A stretch of 39,487 bases of DNA from a virus, in IMG/VR virus record IMGVR_UViG_3300009964_000015; one strand, given 5' to 3'. The notes below the pieces were generated by a model. That model was given only the letters and a program-made list of their open reading frames with translations. It was not told the origin of the DNA and ran no database searches. Of the stretch, positions 1-7,301 are shown piece by piece. Each line of letters starts with the position of its first letter. Position 1 is the stretch's first letter. A program made the position numbers and the translations under genes.

Positions 1-127
1 GGATGAAAGCTAAAGAAACTCGCAAAAAGAACGCAAAGGAAGACAAAAAGCAAAAACTGATAGAGTTTGACGAAGCAATCGAAAACGCGAACTTCGGCGA
101 ACCACCCTCAAAAGAAGATGTAGCTGA
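1..127. repeat. Terminal overlap copy 1, identical to 39361-39487
   Basis: Base-by-base comparison shows 127/127 identity. The overlap lies inside a coding frame that continues from 39487 into 3-257. Confidence 0.95.
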
Positions 128-257
128 GTATTTAGGAGTGTCTATAAAAACAGTTACTCGCAGATTGAATTCATCTAAAAAATATTGGTTCGACAAGAAC
201 TCAAATTCGATAAAAGAAAAAGGACAAGACCATAAAAACGTGGTCGTGTCCGAATAA
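3..257 (+). CDS. C-terminal end of the primase-helicase gene that starts at 37332 (wraps around the circle); contains a C-terminal HTH (SKEDVAEYLGVSIKTVTRRL)
   Basis: Position 3 corresponds to 39363 and is in the same frame as the GTG at 37332. The combined ORF is 2286 nt (761 aa). Stop TAA at 255-257. Confidence 0.85.
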   Translation: MKAKETRKKNAKEDKKQKLIEFDEAIENANFGEPPSKEDVAEYLGVSIKTVTRRLNSSKKYWFDKNSNSIKEKGQDHKNVVVSE

Positions 258-331
258 GACAGCACCATAAATTTATGGTTGTGTCTTTGTCTTAAAAAGG
301 ACAGACAAGACCATAAAAACGTGGTCGTGTC
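217..331. repeat. Direct repeat pair: 28-bp identical core GACAAGACCATAAAAACGTGGTCGTGTC at 223-250 and 304-331
   Basis: Both copies are preceded by AAAAAGGACA; copy 2 has a 4-bp GACA insertion. Each core contains the small inverted repeat GACCA-N8-TGGTC. Copy 1 overlaps the last codons of the primase-helicase gene. Confidence 0.9.
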
Positions 332-470
332 TTGGACAGACAACTATATATTATATATATAGATAATGTCCTGTCGTCCATCATGTCCATACCTGTATAG
401 ACAGGGTTGCTAAAAACGCACCCTGTCATATACAAGGTCCATGGACTAAAAGCGAAATTTAAAAAAGAAA
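217..470. other. Putative phage origin of replication (iterons, palindromes, AT-rich tract)
   Basis: Contains the direct repeats above, the perfect 16-bp palindrome ACCATAAATTTATGGT (264-279) and an alternating AT tract (343-367). GGACA/TGTCC motifs are clustered at 222, 299, 334, 367 and 384, and the 10-bp palindrome GTCCATGGAC lies at 437-446. The region sits directly 3' of the replication initiator gene. Confidence 0.5.
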
Positions 471-488
471 AGGAGTACATTTATAAAA

Positions 489-890
489 ATGTCTATTGAA
501 TTCTTTTTACCGATGCAAAAAATTCCAACAACGACTCACCAACAAAAAAAGGTAAACGTGCAATTTGGGAAGCCAATCTTTTATGAGCCTACCGATTTGA
601 AAAATGCCAGGATGAAATTTGAAAGCTTACTTGCCAAGCATGTTCCTACTGATAAATTTAAAGGAGCAATTAGACTGACAGTCAAGTGGTGCTTCCCTCG
701 TATCAAAAAAAGCTACGACGGCCAGTACAAGACCACAAAGCCAGACACAGACAATCTGCAGAAGTTACTTAAGGACTGTATGACGAAGCTTGGATACTGG
801 AAAGATGATGCCCAAGTGGCCAGCGAGATTGTCGAGAAATTCTGGGCGGACACAGTCGGGATCTATATCAAGATTGAGGAATTGCCATGA
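489..890 (+). CDS. rusA: RusA-family Holliday junction resolvase
   Basis: 133 aa. Contains ...KPDTDNLQKLLKDCMTKLGYWKDDAQV..., typical of the RusA catalytic Asp cluster. Confidence 0.8.
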   Translation: MSIEFFLPMQKIPTTTHQQKKVNVQFGKPIFYEPTDLKNARMKFESLLAKHVPTDKFKGAIRLTVKWCFPRIKKSYDGQYKTTKPDTDNLQKLLKDCMTKLGYWKDDAQVASEIVEKFWADTVGIYIKIEELP

Positions 891-1102
891 AGATTGACTA
901 CATAGATTTCTTTAGCAGAGTCGTTCCAGAGTGGATGGCGCGCAGCAATCAGAAAAGCCAAGAGGTTGGATTCGGAACAGATGCCTATTGGCTCTGGGCG
1001 GTGTCGTCAATCGGAGAGATTTGCAAACAATACAATGATGATGAGCTGGTGACGGAGCAGTTTGGTCTGCTCTTTAACTGGCTAGAAAAGCAAGCAAGAT
1101 AA
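887..1102 (+). CDS. Hypothetical phage protein (71 aa)
   Basis: ATGA overlap with the upstream stop and a GAGG RBS. Gene is co-oriented and tightly packed with its neighbours. Confidence 0.6.
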   Translation: MKIDYIDFFSRVVPEWMARSNQKSQEVGFGTDAYWLWAVSSIGEICKQYNDDELVTEQFGLLFNWLEKQAR

Positions 1103-1105
1103 ACC

Positions 1106-1294
1106 ATGAAATACAACAAACAAATAATGATTGACGGATTGAAGAGGTCAATCAAGCAAACGGAGGCAAGAATAGTAGAATTGTCTAAGCCCTGTGTAAA
1201 ATCACTTGCATTCAGCAGGTCAGAAGAACGTGACTTACTGAAAAAGCGAGTGAAGAAAATGAAAGAACAGTTGAAGGAGTTAGAAGATGAATAA
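1106..1294 (+). CDS. Hypothetical coiled-coil protein (62 aa)
   Basis: Tightly packed ORF with a charged, helical composition. Confidence 0.5.
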   Translation: MKYNKQIMIDGLKRSIKQTEARIVELSKPCVKSLAFSRSEERDLLKKRVKKMKEQLKELEDE

Positions 1295-1787
1295 GCAGGA
1301 TGAGCAGGAATTGAGGACGAATAAACAAGAATTAATTTCTAAATATGAGCTGATTAAAAATAGCTATAATTTTAAGGTTGTAGCAACAGACGGTATAATA
1401 AGCGATTTGAAACGTTTAGACGAACCAGAAAAAGTCACAATCCCGCAGTTTGTGGCGGATTGGATTGAGGAGTGTAAAGCAAAAGGGAAAAGTTTGCTTA
1501 GAGCTCTCTTATACACGCCAGAGAAAGTTAATAGTTGGGTGGATAACTCAGACAATCAAGAACTCTTCGCTCGTGCATGGCTGGACGGCTATGATATTCA
1601 GGGAAGAAAGTATGTAGTGACAGATGGCAATCATTTGTATTTCAAAAACTATCAAGAAGATATTGAAATTGTCATACTAGCGGATGAACAAGCTGGCACG
1701 ATGGATTATGTCAAGGAATTTGACACAAAGGAAGAAGCCCAAAAAGCTGCAGACATTCTTGGATGGAAAGTACAGGAGGTGGAGTGA
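1287..1787 (+). CDS. Hypothetical phage protein, DUF1642-like (166 aa)
   Basis: RBS GAAGGAG. The motif ...IPQFVADWIEECKAKGKSL... recalls a family common in streptococcal and lactococcal phages. This comes from memory and was not searched. Confidence 0.6.
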   Translation: MNKQDEQELRTNKQELISKYELIKNSYNFKVVATDGIISDLKRLDEPEKVTIPQFVADWIEECKAKGKSLLRALLYTPEKVNSWVDNSDNQELFARAWLDGYDIQGRKYVVTDGNHLYFKNYQEDIEIVILADEQAGTMDYVKEFDTKEEAQKAADILGWKVQEVE

Positions 1788-2077
1788 TGGTACAAACCAT
1801 TGAACAAGCAATAAAAAATGAAAACAAACGCATAAAAATCCCTGCGAAAATCAGACCGTTTGATATGGGTTATCGAATAGTAAACAAAAACGGCCAAGCG
1901 CTAGCTTTAAGAAATGGGGCAAGTATATTCGCTTTACCCTCGCTTGCTGAAAAAGCGATAAAGAAAGAGTTTGGGAAAAATGATCCAGACTTTGACATTA
2001 AGAAGCATTCTGTTGAAGAGGTTGCTATTATCAATTTAAGTAAATTTCATAGTTATTTTGAGGAGGTCACAGATTGA
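1787..2077 (+). CDS. Hypothetical protein (96 aa)
   Basis: The ATG at 1787 overlaps the upstream stop (TGATG) and follows AGGAGGTGGAG. The ATG at 1763 given in the ORF track lies inside the upstream gene. Confidence 0.6.
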   Translation: MVQTIEQAIKNENKRIKIPAKIRPFDMGYRIVNKNGQALALRNGASIFALPSLAEKAIKKEFGKNDPDFDIKKHSVEEVAIINLSKFHSYFEEVTD

Positions 2078-2244
2078 AAGGTACAAAGGATTTTATTCTA
2101 GCTATCGAAAATATAAAAATCGATATTTTAAAAACATCCGATGACCTAAACGGTTATGAGTTAAGTGATATCAAGAAACACGCAAGGGATCTATACGAGT
2201 GCCTAGTGTGGTTGCAGTATGCTGCGGAGGAGAATGAAAATTGA
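2074..2244 (+). CDS. Small hypothetical protein (56 aa, TTG start), not in the supplied ORF track
   Basis: The TTG at 2074 follows GAGGAGG and overlaps the upstream stop. The ORF fills an otherwise non-coding 165-bp gap, and its stop overlaps the next start. Confidence 0.45.
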   Translation: MKGTKDFILAIENIKIDILKTSDDLNGYELSDIKKHARDLYECLVWLQYAAEENEN

Positions 2245-2501
2245 AACGATTTATCGCAATTTGGATTTTATTGTCTGCTGGATTGAATGTCTGGCAGAGT
2301 ATCCACATTAAAGAACTAGAAGAAAAGCGCCCGATGATCGTCTATAAAGCTGATAATCAAGGCGCTGAGATATTCGGCAAAGTCGTAGAGAAAGGACGAC
2401 ATGGCAAGCTGTACACGCTCACTATTCGTGATTACGGGGTGTTCGTGGTTACGAAGGAAGTGTATGATAAGGTGAAAGTTGGGGATGAGGTGAGATTATG
2501 A
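2241..2501 (+). CDS. Hypothetical membrane-anchored protein (86 aa, TTG start)
   Basis: N-terminal hydrophobic segment FIAIWILLSAGLNVW. RBS GGAGGAG upstream. Confidence 0.55.
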   Translation: MKRFIAIWILLSAGLNVWQSIHIKELEEKRPMIVYKADNQGAEIFGKVVEKGRHGKLYTLTIRDYGVFVVTKEVYDKVKVGDEVRL

Positions 2502-3415
2502 CGTTTGTGGAACACAATAACCGCGAGAAAGCCAATAAATTTGCTGAGTATGTGACAGGTAAGTCTTTGCGTGAATACTTAGCAAACAAAGTAAAACAAT
2601 ATTGCGGTGAAAATATATCTGTCTTTGATGGCGCAGCAGGGTCTGGGCAATTGGAGCAGTTTATCAGTATGACTGATTTTCATGCGGTAGAAATTCAGCA
2701 GGAAAGTTGTGAAGCATTGAAAACGAACTTCCCTCGTGCAATCGTGAATAATCAGAGTTTTTTCACTTATCAGTCAGATATACAAGTTGATGCAATTGCA
2801 ATGAATCCGCCTTATTCTCTGAAATTGAAAGATTTACCAGAAGAAGACCAACAAGCTATTAAAGAGCAGTATCCGTGGAAAAAATCAGGTGTTGTTGATG
2901 ATATTTTCCTGCTGAAGTCAATGACTTACACGAAACGATACGGATTTTATATCATGTTTCCTGGCATCGCTTATCGTCAATCCGAGAAGAAAATGAGGGA
3001 GCTAGTAGGGAATAACCTTGTTGAATTGAATGTGATTCAAAATGGATTTGAAGACACATCTATCAACGTGATTTTCTTAGTCGTTGATAAAGACAAAAAC
3101 AGCCCTGAAATTTCAAAAGAGATTTACGACTGTAAAACCAAAAAGGTTGAATATGAAGAATCTGATACGTTAGACTCAGATTTTAGATGGGTAGCACCCA
3201 GCAAACCAGTAGAGAAGGAAGAAATAGACATTGATCAAGTAAATGCAGAGCTAGACCAAATGGCAATCAATCACCTGGAAAAACATCTAGCTAGTCAATT
3301 GATTTTGATTCAGCTTTTCAATGCAGATATTGATTTGAAATCTTTCATAACAAAGTGCCATAAGGTTTTAGATGATTACTTGTTGATGTACAATTTTGCA
3401 GTAGGATTAGAATGA
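2498..3415 (+). CDS. Orphan N6-adenine DNA methyltransferase
   Basis: AdoMet motif VFDGAAGSGQL and catalytic motif NPPYS. No adjacent restriction endonuclease or specificity gene. Confidence 0.8.
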   Translation: MTFVEHNNREKANKFAEYVTGKSLREYLANKVKQYCGENISVFDGAAGSGQLEQFISMTDFHAVEIQQESCEALKTNFPRAIVNNQSFFTYQSDIQVDAIAMNPPYSLKLKDLPEEDQQAIKEQYPWKKSGVVDDIFLLKSMTYTKRYGFYIMFPGIAYRQSEKKMRELVGNNLVELNVIQNGFEDTSINVIFLVVDKDKNSPEISKEIYDCKTKKVEYEESDTLDSDFRWVAPSKPVEKEEIDIDQVNAELDQMAINHLEKHLASQLILIQLFNADIDLKSFITKCHKVLDDYLLMYNFAVGLE

Positions 3416-3446
3416 ACAACACAGAATTAGAAAATAAAGTTCAGCA

Positions 3447-3899
3447 ATGGAAGGGACTTCTGGAGGTAGAAGATTGACGATAAATATCAAGCAACGATTG
3501 AAAGCATTACAGTACATCGATATCAAAGCGAAGTCAAAGCACCAAGAAATTATCAGTTTGAAGTCAGGTATTTTACGAGGGCAGCAGTTTGACAATATGC
3601 CAAAATCGAAAAGCAATACGAACCACTCTGAAGAGTTGAATATTTCGATTATCGTTAAGTCGGATGAATTGTATCGAGAGATTCAATCTTTATATAAAGA
3701 GCGCGATGACCTTGTAAGAGCTATTGAGTCGCTCGATGATCCAGTAGAAAACATTGTCATGCGACTACTCTATATTGATGGTCTTTCGTGGAAACAGGTT
3801 GAAAGAAAGCTGCGGTGCAGTCCTGCGACCATACAGAGAGCGAGAGATAAAGCGATAGCTAAATTAGTTAAAATATTTGATAGTAACGATAGTAAATGA
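3447..3899 (+). CDS. ArpU/RinA-like late transcriptional regulator (sigma-70 region-4-like C terminus)
   Basis: C terminus IVMRLLYIDGLSWKQVERKLRCSPATIQRARDKAIAKL. It is the last gene before the packaging module. Confidence 0.65.
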   Translation: MEGTSGGRRLTINIKQRLKALQYIDIKAKSKHQEIISLKSGILRGQQFDNMPKSKSNTNHSEELNISIIVKSDELYREIQSLYKERDDLVRAIESLDDPVENIVMRLLYIDGLSWKQVERKLRCSPATIQRARDKAIAKLVKIFDSNDSK

Positions 3900-4044
3900 T
3901 AATTACAAAGTGATATTATTGTATTGTCAGCAAGTACGGTAAAACGAACTGATGGCTCCTTTAATAATTTTTTTTGTAACGATGTCAGGGACGAGCCAGT
4001 GATTTCCTCTTAGTCTTTCGTTTAGTCTCTGATGTCGTTATTTT

Positions 4045-4115
4045 AGGCTTTTAGTGTAGCGGTAACACAACAGTCTCCAAAACTGTTATCGTGGGTTCGA
4101 TTCCTGCAAAGTCTG
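4045..4115 (+). tRNA. tRNA-Trp: tRNA-Trp (anticodon CCA), 71 nt, no encoded CCA end
   Basis: Hand-folded cloverleaf. Acceptor stem AGGCTTT/AAAGTCT. D arm GTGT-AGCGGTA-ACAC. Anticodon arm ACAGT-CTCCAAA-ACTGT. T arm GTGGG-TTCGATT-CCTGC. A1-U72 plus G73 and the CUCCAAA loop match the bacterial tRNA-Trp pattern. Confidence 0.85.
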
Positions 4116-4133
4116 TGAGAGGTCTTAATTAAA

Positions 4134-4158
4134 AGTCACATGGTTGTGTGGCTTTTTT
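4134..4158 (+). terminator. Intrinsic terminator after the tRNA
   Basis: Stem AGTCACA/TGTGGCT (7 bp, one G.T), 6-nt loop, then a T5-6 run. Confidence 0.6.
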
Positions 4159-4178
4159 GATTGTTTTGAAAGGTGGTG

Positions 4179-4673
4179 ATGGACATTGGGTTAAATCAAA
4201 GACAAAAGATGTTTGCGAGCGAGTATTTGAGGACAGGCAATGTCTATCAATCCGCAATATTTGCCGGTTATAGTGAGGCTTATGCCAGAACAACCGCTAG
4301 TAAATTACTAGAAAATGCAAGCATTAAAACGTTCATACAAACAGAAACCGAAAAGATGCACGATGAGAATATTTTAAGTGCTAAAGAGGCTCTTTCAATT
4401 CTTTCAGACATTGCAAGAGGCAAGCGGCTTGAAGAAGTCTTGATGATGAATCCGGTAACTGGAGAGGTCGATAGAGTTAAGAAGAAAGCGGATAATAACA
4501 CGGTTATTAAAGCAATAGCCGAGATATTGAAACGATATCCGACTGCTAAACAAGCTGAAAAACTTGAACTTGAAATCGAGAAACTCAAATCTCAAATTGG
4601 CATGGATGATGAACACGATGATAAACTTGTTGAATTCGCTAAGGCTTTGAGAGGTGCTTTTAATGACAAGTAA
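4179..4673 (+). CDS. terS: Terminase small subunit
   Basis: N-terminal LNQRQKMFASEYLRTGNVYQSAIFAGYSEAYARTTASKLL is the typical TerS HTH signature. A GTG at 4173 is an alternative start. Confidence 0.8.
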   Translation: MDIGLNQRQKMFASEYLRTGNVYQSAIFAGYSEAYARTTASKLLENASIKTFIQTETEKMHDENILSAKEALSILSDIARGKRLEEVLMMNPVTGEVDRVKKKADNNTVIKAIAEILKRYPTAKQAEKLELEIEKLKSQIGMDDEHDDKLVEFAKALRGAFNDK

Positions 4674-5877
4674 GTTCACACCAAAACAAGAACAAGTCCT
4701 TAGACGAGTTTTAAACGATGACTTCTTTATTTGTGGTCTGCATGGTGCAAAGCGTTCAGGTAAGACTGTTTTGAATAATATGGTCTTCCTGAATGAAATT
4801 GATAGAGTTAGAACAATAGCTGATAAGTTAGACATTGATGAACCGATGTATATTTTGGCCGGGACGTCTTCGACTTCGATACAAAATAATATTATCCAAG
4901 AACTCTATAACATGTTTGATATTGAGCCAAAATATGACAAACACGGAGCGTTTACTCTTTGCGGAGTCAAGGTTATTCAAGTTTATACTGGTTCGATTTC
5001 AGGTTTAAAACGAGCTCGTGGTTTCACAGCTTTTGGAGCCTATGTGAACGAGGCATCGTTGGCCAATGAACAAGTGTTCAAAGAAATCATCTCACGGTGT
5101 TCGGGAGAGGGCGCACGGATTGTTTGGGATAGTAACCCAGACATCCCGACCCACTGGCTCAGACGGGATTATATCAACTCTGGCGACGATATGATCATAG
5201 ACTTTCATTTTAAGCTAGATGATAATACATTCATGTCTGATAGATATCGTGAGAATATTAAATCAGCCACACCGGCAGGCGTATTCTATGACCGAGATAT
5301 CCTTGGTCTTTGGGTGACCGGTGAGGGTGTTGTTTATCGTGATTTTAGCGAGAACATGTTTGTGAATGAAGTGCCAGAAAACATCACGAAAATCTACGCA
5401 GGCGTTGACTGGGGTTATGAACACTTTGGCTCTATTGTTGTTATCGGAGAAACCTCAGACGGTTCGGTTTATTTGTTAGAGGAACACGCTCATCAATACA
5501 AAGAAATAGACTTTTGGGTAGAACTCGCCAAGGATATCAAAGAACGATATGGCAATATCACATTCTGGGCAGATAGTGCACGACCTGAACACGTTGCTAG
5601 ATTTCAGAGAGAGCAATTAAAGACCTTTAACGCTAACAAGGCTGTCTTGTCTGGTATTGAAGAAGTCGCTAAGCTAATGAAAGCTGGGCGCTTTTTTGTT
5701 ATTTCAGATAAGGTCAGTAAGTTCAAAGATGAGGTCTATCAATATATCTGGAATGAAAAGACGGGCGAGCCAGTAAAAGAGAATGATGATGTACTGGATG
5801 CGGTGCGTTATGCGATTTACTCACAACATTCGCAACCGAAAGCAACCGTCCGCAGACGCTCGCAGTACGGTTTATAG
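4663..5877 (+). CDS. terL: Terminase large subunit (PBSX/Terminase_3-like)
   Basis: Walker A motif GLHGAKRSGKT. The ATG at 4663 follows GAGAGGTG. About 400 aa, followed by the portal gene. Confidence 0.85.
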   Translation: MTSKFTPKQEQVLRRVLNDDFFICGLHGAKRSGKTVLNNMVFLNEIDRVRTIADKLDIDEPMYILAGTSSTSIQNNIIQELYNMFDIEPKYDKHGAFTLCGVKVIQVYTGSISGLKRARGFTAFGAYVNEASLANEQVFKEIISRCSGEGARIVWDSNPDIPTHWLRRDYINSGDDMIIDFHFKLDDNTFMSDRYRENIKSATPAGVFYDRDILGLWVTGEGVVYRDFSENMFVNEVPENITKIYAGVDWGYEHFGSIVVIGETSDGSVYLLEEHAHQYKEIDFWVELAKDIKERYGNITFWADSARPEHVARFQREQLKTFNANKAVLSGIEEVAKLMKAGRFFVISDKVSKFKDEVYQYIWNEKTGEPVKENDDVLDAVRYAIYSQHSQPKATVRRRSQYGL

Positions 5878-5888
5878 AAAGGATTTAA

Positions 5889-7301
5889 ATGTATCAGATT
5901 TTAACTTATCCACGAGATGGATACGATGAAACAGCTTTGAGCAAGGAATTGATCTACAAGCTGATTCGCAAGCATACACAAGAACGCAGTCGCTTGCAGA
6001 AATTGAAGAAATACTACTTGGGTGAGCATGCTATCTTGAATCATACGAGAAGAAATCAGAATGCGCCGAATTTTAAAACGGTAGCAAACCACGCTAAGGA
6101 CATCGCAGACACATCTACTGGCTATTTCATGGGCAATCCTATCAAGTATAATAATACTGCTGAGAGCGACCTTGAGCCTTTGCTTGAGGCTTTTGACGGT
6201 GCTGAAATCGACCAAGTAGACGCTCAGAATGCTTTGAACATGGCTATCTATGGACGTGCTTACGAATACATTTATGCGAAGGAAGGACTGACTGAGCTTG
6301 ATTCGACTAGCGTAGATCCTGAGAATGTATTTCTTGTTTACGATGATAGTATCGAACGCAAGGCCTTGTTTGCAGTCTATTACTACGAAATCAAAGATGA
6401 CACGAAAGATGCGACTAAGTATCAAGCAGAAGTCTTTACTCAGAATCTGCATTATCACATTGTGCTGCGTGATTCGAGCATGGGAACAACCAGGAACGAG
6501 CAAGTAGAACCTCACAACCTCGGGCAAATCCCAATCATCGAATACCGTAACAACCACTTTGCGATTGGTGACTACGAGCAACAAATCAGCTTGATTGATG
6601 CTTATAATTCGTTGATGGGTAACCGAGTCAATGACAAGGAGCAAGCAGTCGAGTCTATTCTTGTTCTGTACGGCGCGCAATTGGCTGATAACCTGGAGGA
6701 TGCTAGAGAAGCAATGAGCATCCTTGCTGAAGAAGGCCTTTTGGAATTGCCAGCAGATGCCAAAGCTGATTTCTTGAAAAATGCTCTGGACGAAAACGCG
6801 ACTGAAATTTTGCGTAAGGCTTTGAAAGAAGACATCTACACATTCAGCCATGTGCCGAATTTGACAGATGAAAACTTCGCAGGCAATAGCTCGGGCGTAG
6901 CCATGGAATTCAAGCTATTGGGCCTTGAAATGATTACTAAGACGAAAGAAGCGAACTACAAGCGAGGTCTTAGACAGCGGATTGCTATCTTCGCTCATTA
7001 CTTAGGCATGCAGCAGATTGCTCTTGAAGCACATTCAATCGTGCCACAGTTTAGCCGTGGATTGCCTAAGAACTTGCTCGAATTGTCACAGATTATCAAT
7101 AATCTTGAAGGTAAGGTCTCACTTCGTCAGCTTATTTCGCTCTTGCCATTCGTTGAAGATCCTGATGCTGAACTTGAAGAACTCGAAGAAGAGAAAGAAA
7201 AGAATAAGGACCGTGTGCCATTCTTTAATCAGGCGAACACGAAGCCAGAGGAAGAGGTAGCAGATGAACAACAAGGACTACTGGACCCAGAGGAAGGCTA
7301 A
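5889..7301 (+). CDS. Portal protein (SPP1 gp6-like)
   Basis: 470 aa, positioned after TerL, with an acidic C-terminal tail. Confidence 0.8.
   Translation: MYQILTYPRDGYDETALSKELIYKLIRKHTQERSRLQKLKKYYLGEHAILNHTRRNQNAPNFKTVANHAKDIADTSTGYFMGNPIKYNNTAESDLEPLLEAFDGAEIDQVDAQNALNMAIYGRAYEYIYAKEGLTELDSTSVDPENVFLVYDDSIERKALFAVYYYEIKDDTKDATKYQAEVFTQNLHYHIVLRDSSMGTTRNEQVEPHNLGQIPIIEYRNNHFAIGDYEQQISLIDAYNSLMGNRVNDKEQAVESILVLYGAQLADNLEDAREAMSILAEEGLLELPADAKADFLKNALDENATEILRKALKEDIYTFSHVPNLTDENFAGNSSGVAMEFKLLGLEMITKTKEANYKRGLRQRIAIFAHYLGMQQIALEAHSIVPQFSRGLPKNLLELSQIINNLEGKVSLRQLISLLPFVEDPDAELEELEEEKEKNKDRVPFFNQANTKPEEEVADEQQGLLDPEEG

Noticed and set aside
1-127. Interpreting the 127-bp terminal repeat as attL/attR, a long terminal repeat or cos-flanking redundancy.
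   Set aside because: The repeat lies inside a continuous coding frame far from the integrase. It is exactly the kind of overlap left by circular assembly.
292-480. 62-aa minus-strand ORF in the region downstream of the primase-helicase gene.
   Set aside because: It has no RBS, and it spans the iterons, palindromes and AT tract that are better explained as a non-coding origin.
3900-4044. A possible second tRNA, small RNA or pac/cos site in the 145-nt gap between the ArpU-like gene and tRNA-Trp (short repeats TTAGTCT twice and GATGTC twice).
   Set aside because: No cloverleaf or convincing stem-loop could be folded by hand. The repeats are short enough to occur by chance. A late promoter or pac-related role is possible but not supported by what I can see.
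5901-6851. 316-aa minus-strand ORF antisense to the portal gene. Similar long antisense or alternative-frame ORFs occur at 4404-4835, 14958-15680, 16443-16874, 19018-19392, 30816-31178, 31565-31915, 32399-32997 and 35750-36157.
   Set aside because: All lie entirely inside strongly supported + strand genes and lack Shine-Dalgarno sequences. Their translations are low-complexity or Cys/Ser/Leu-rich, typical of antisense frames. The phage is otherwise tightly packed on one strand.
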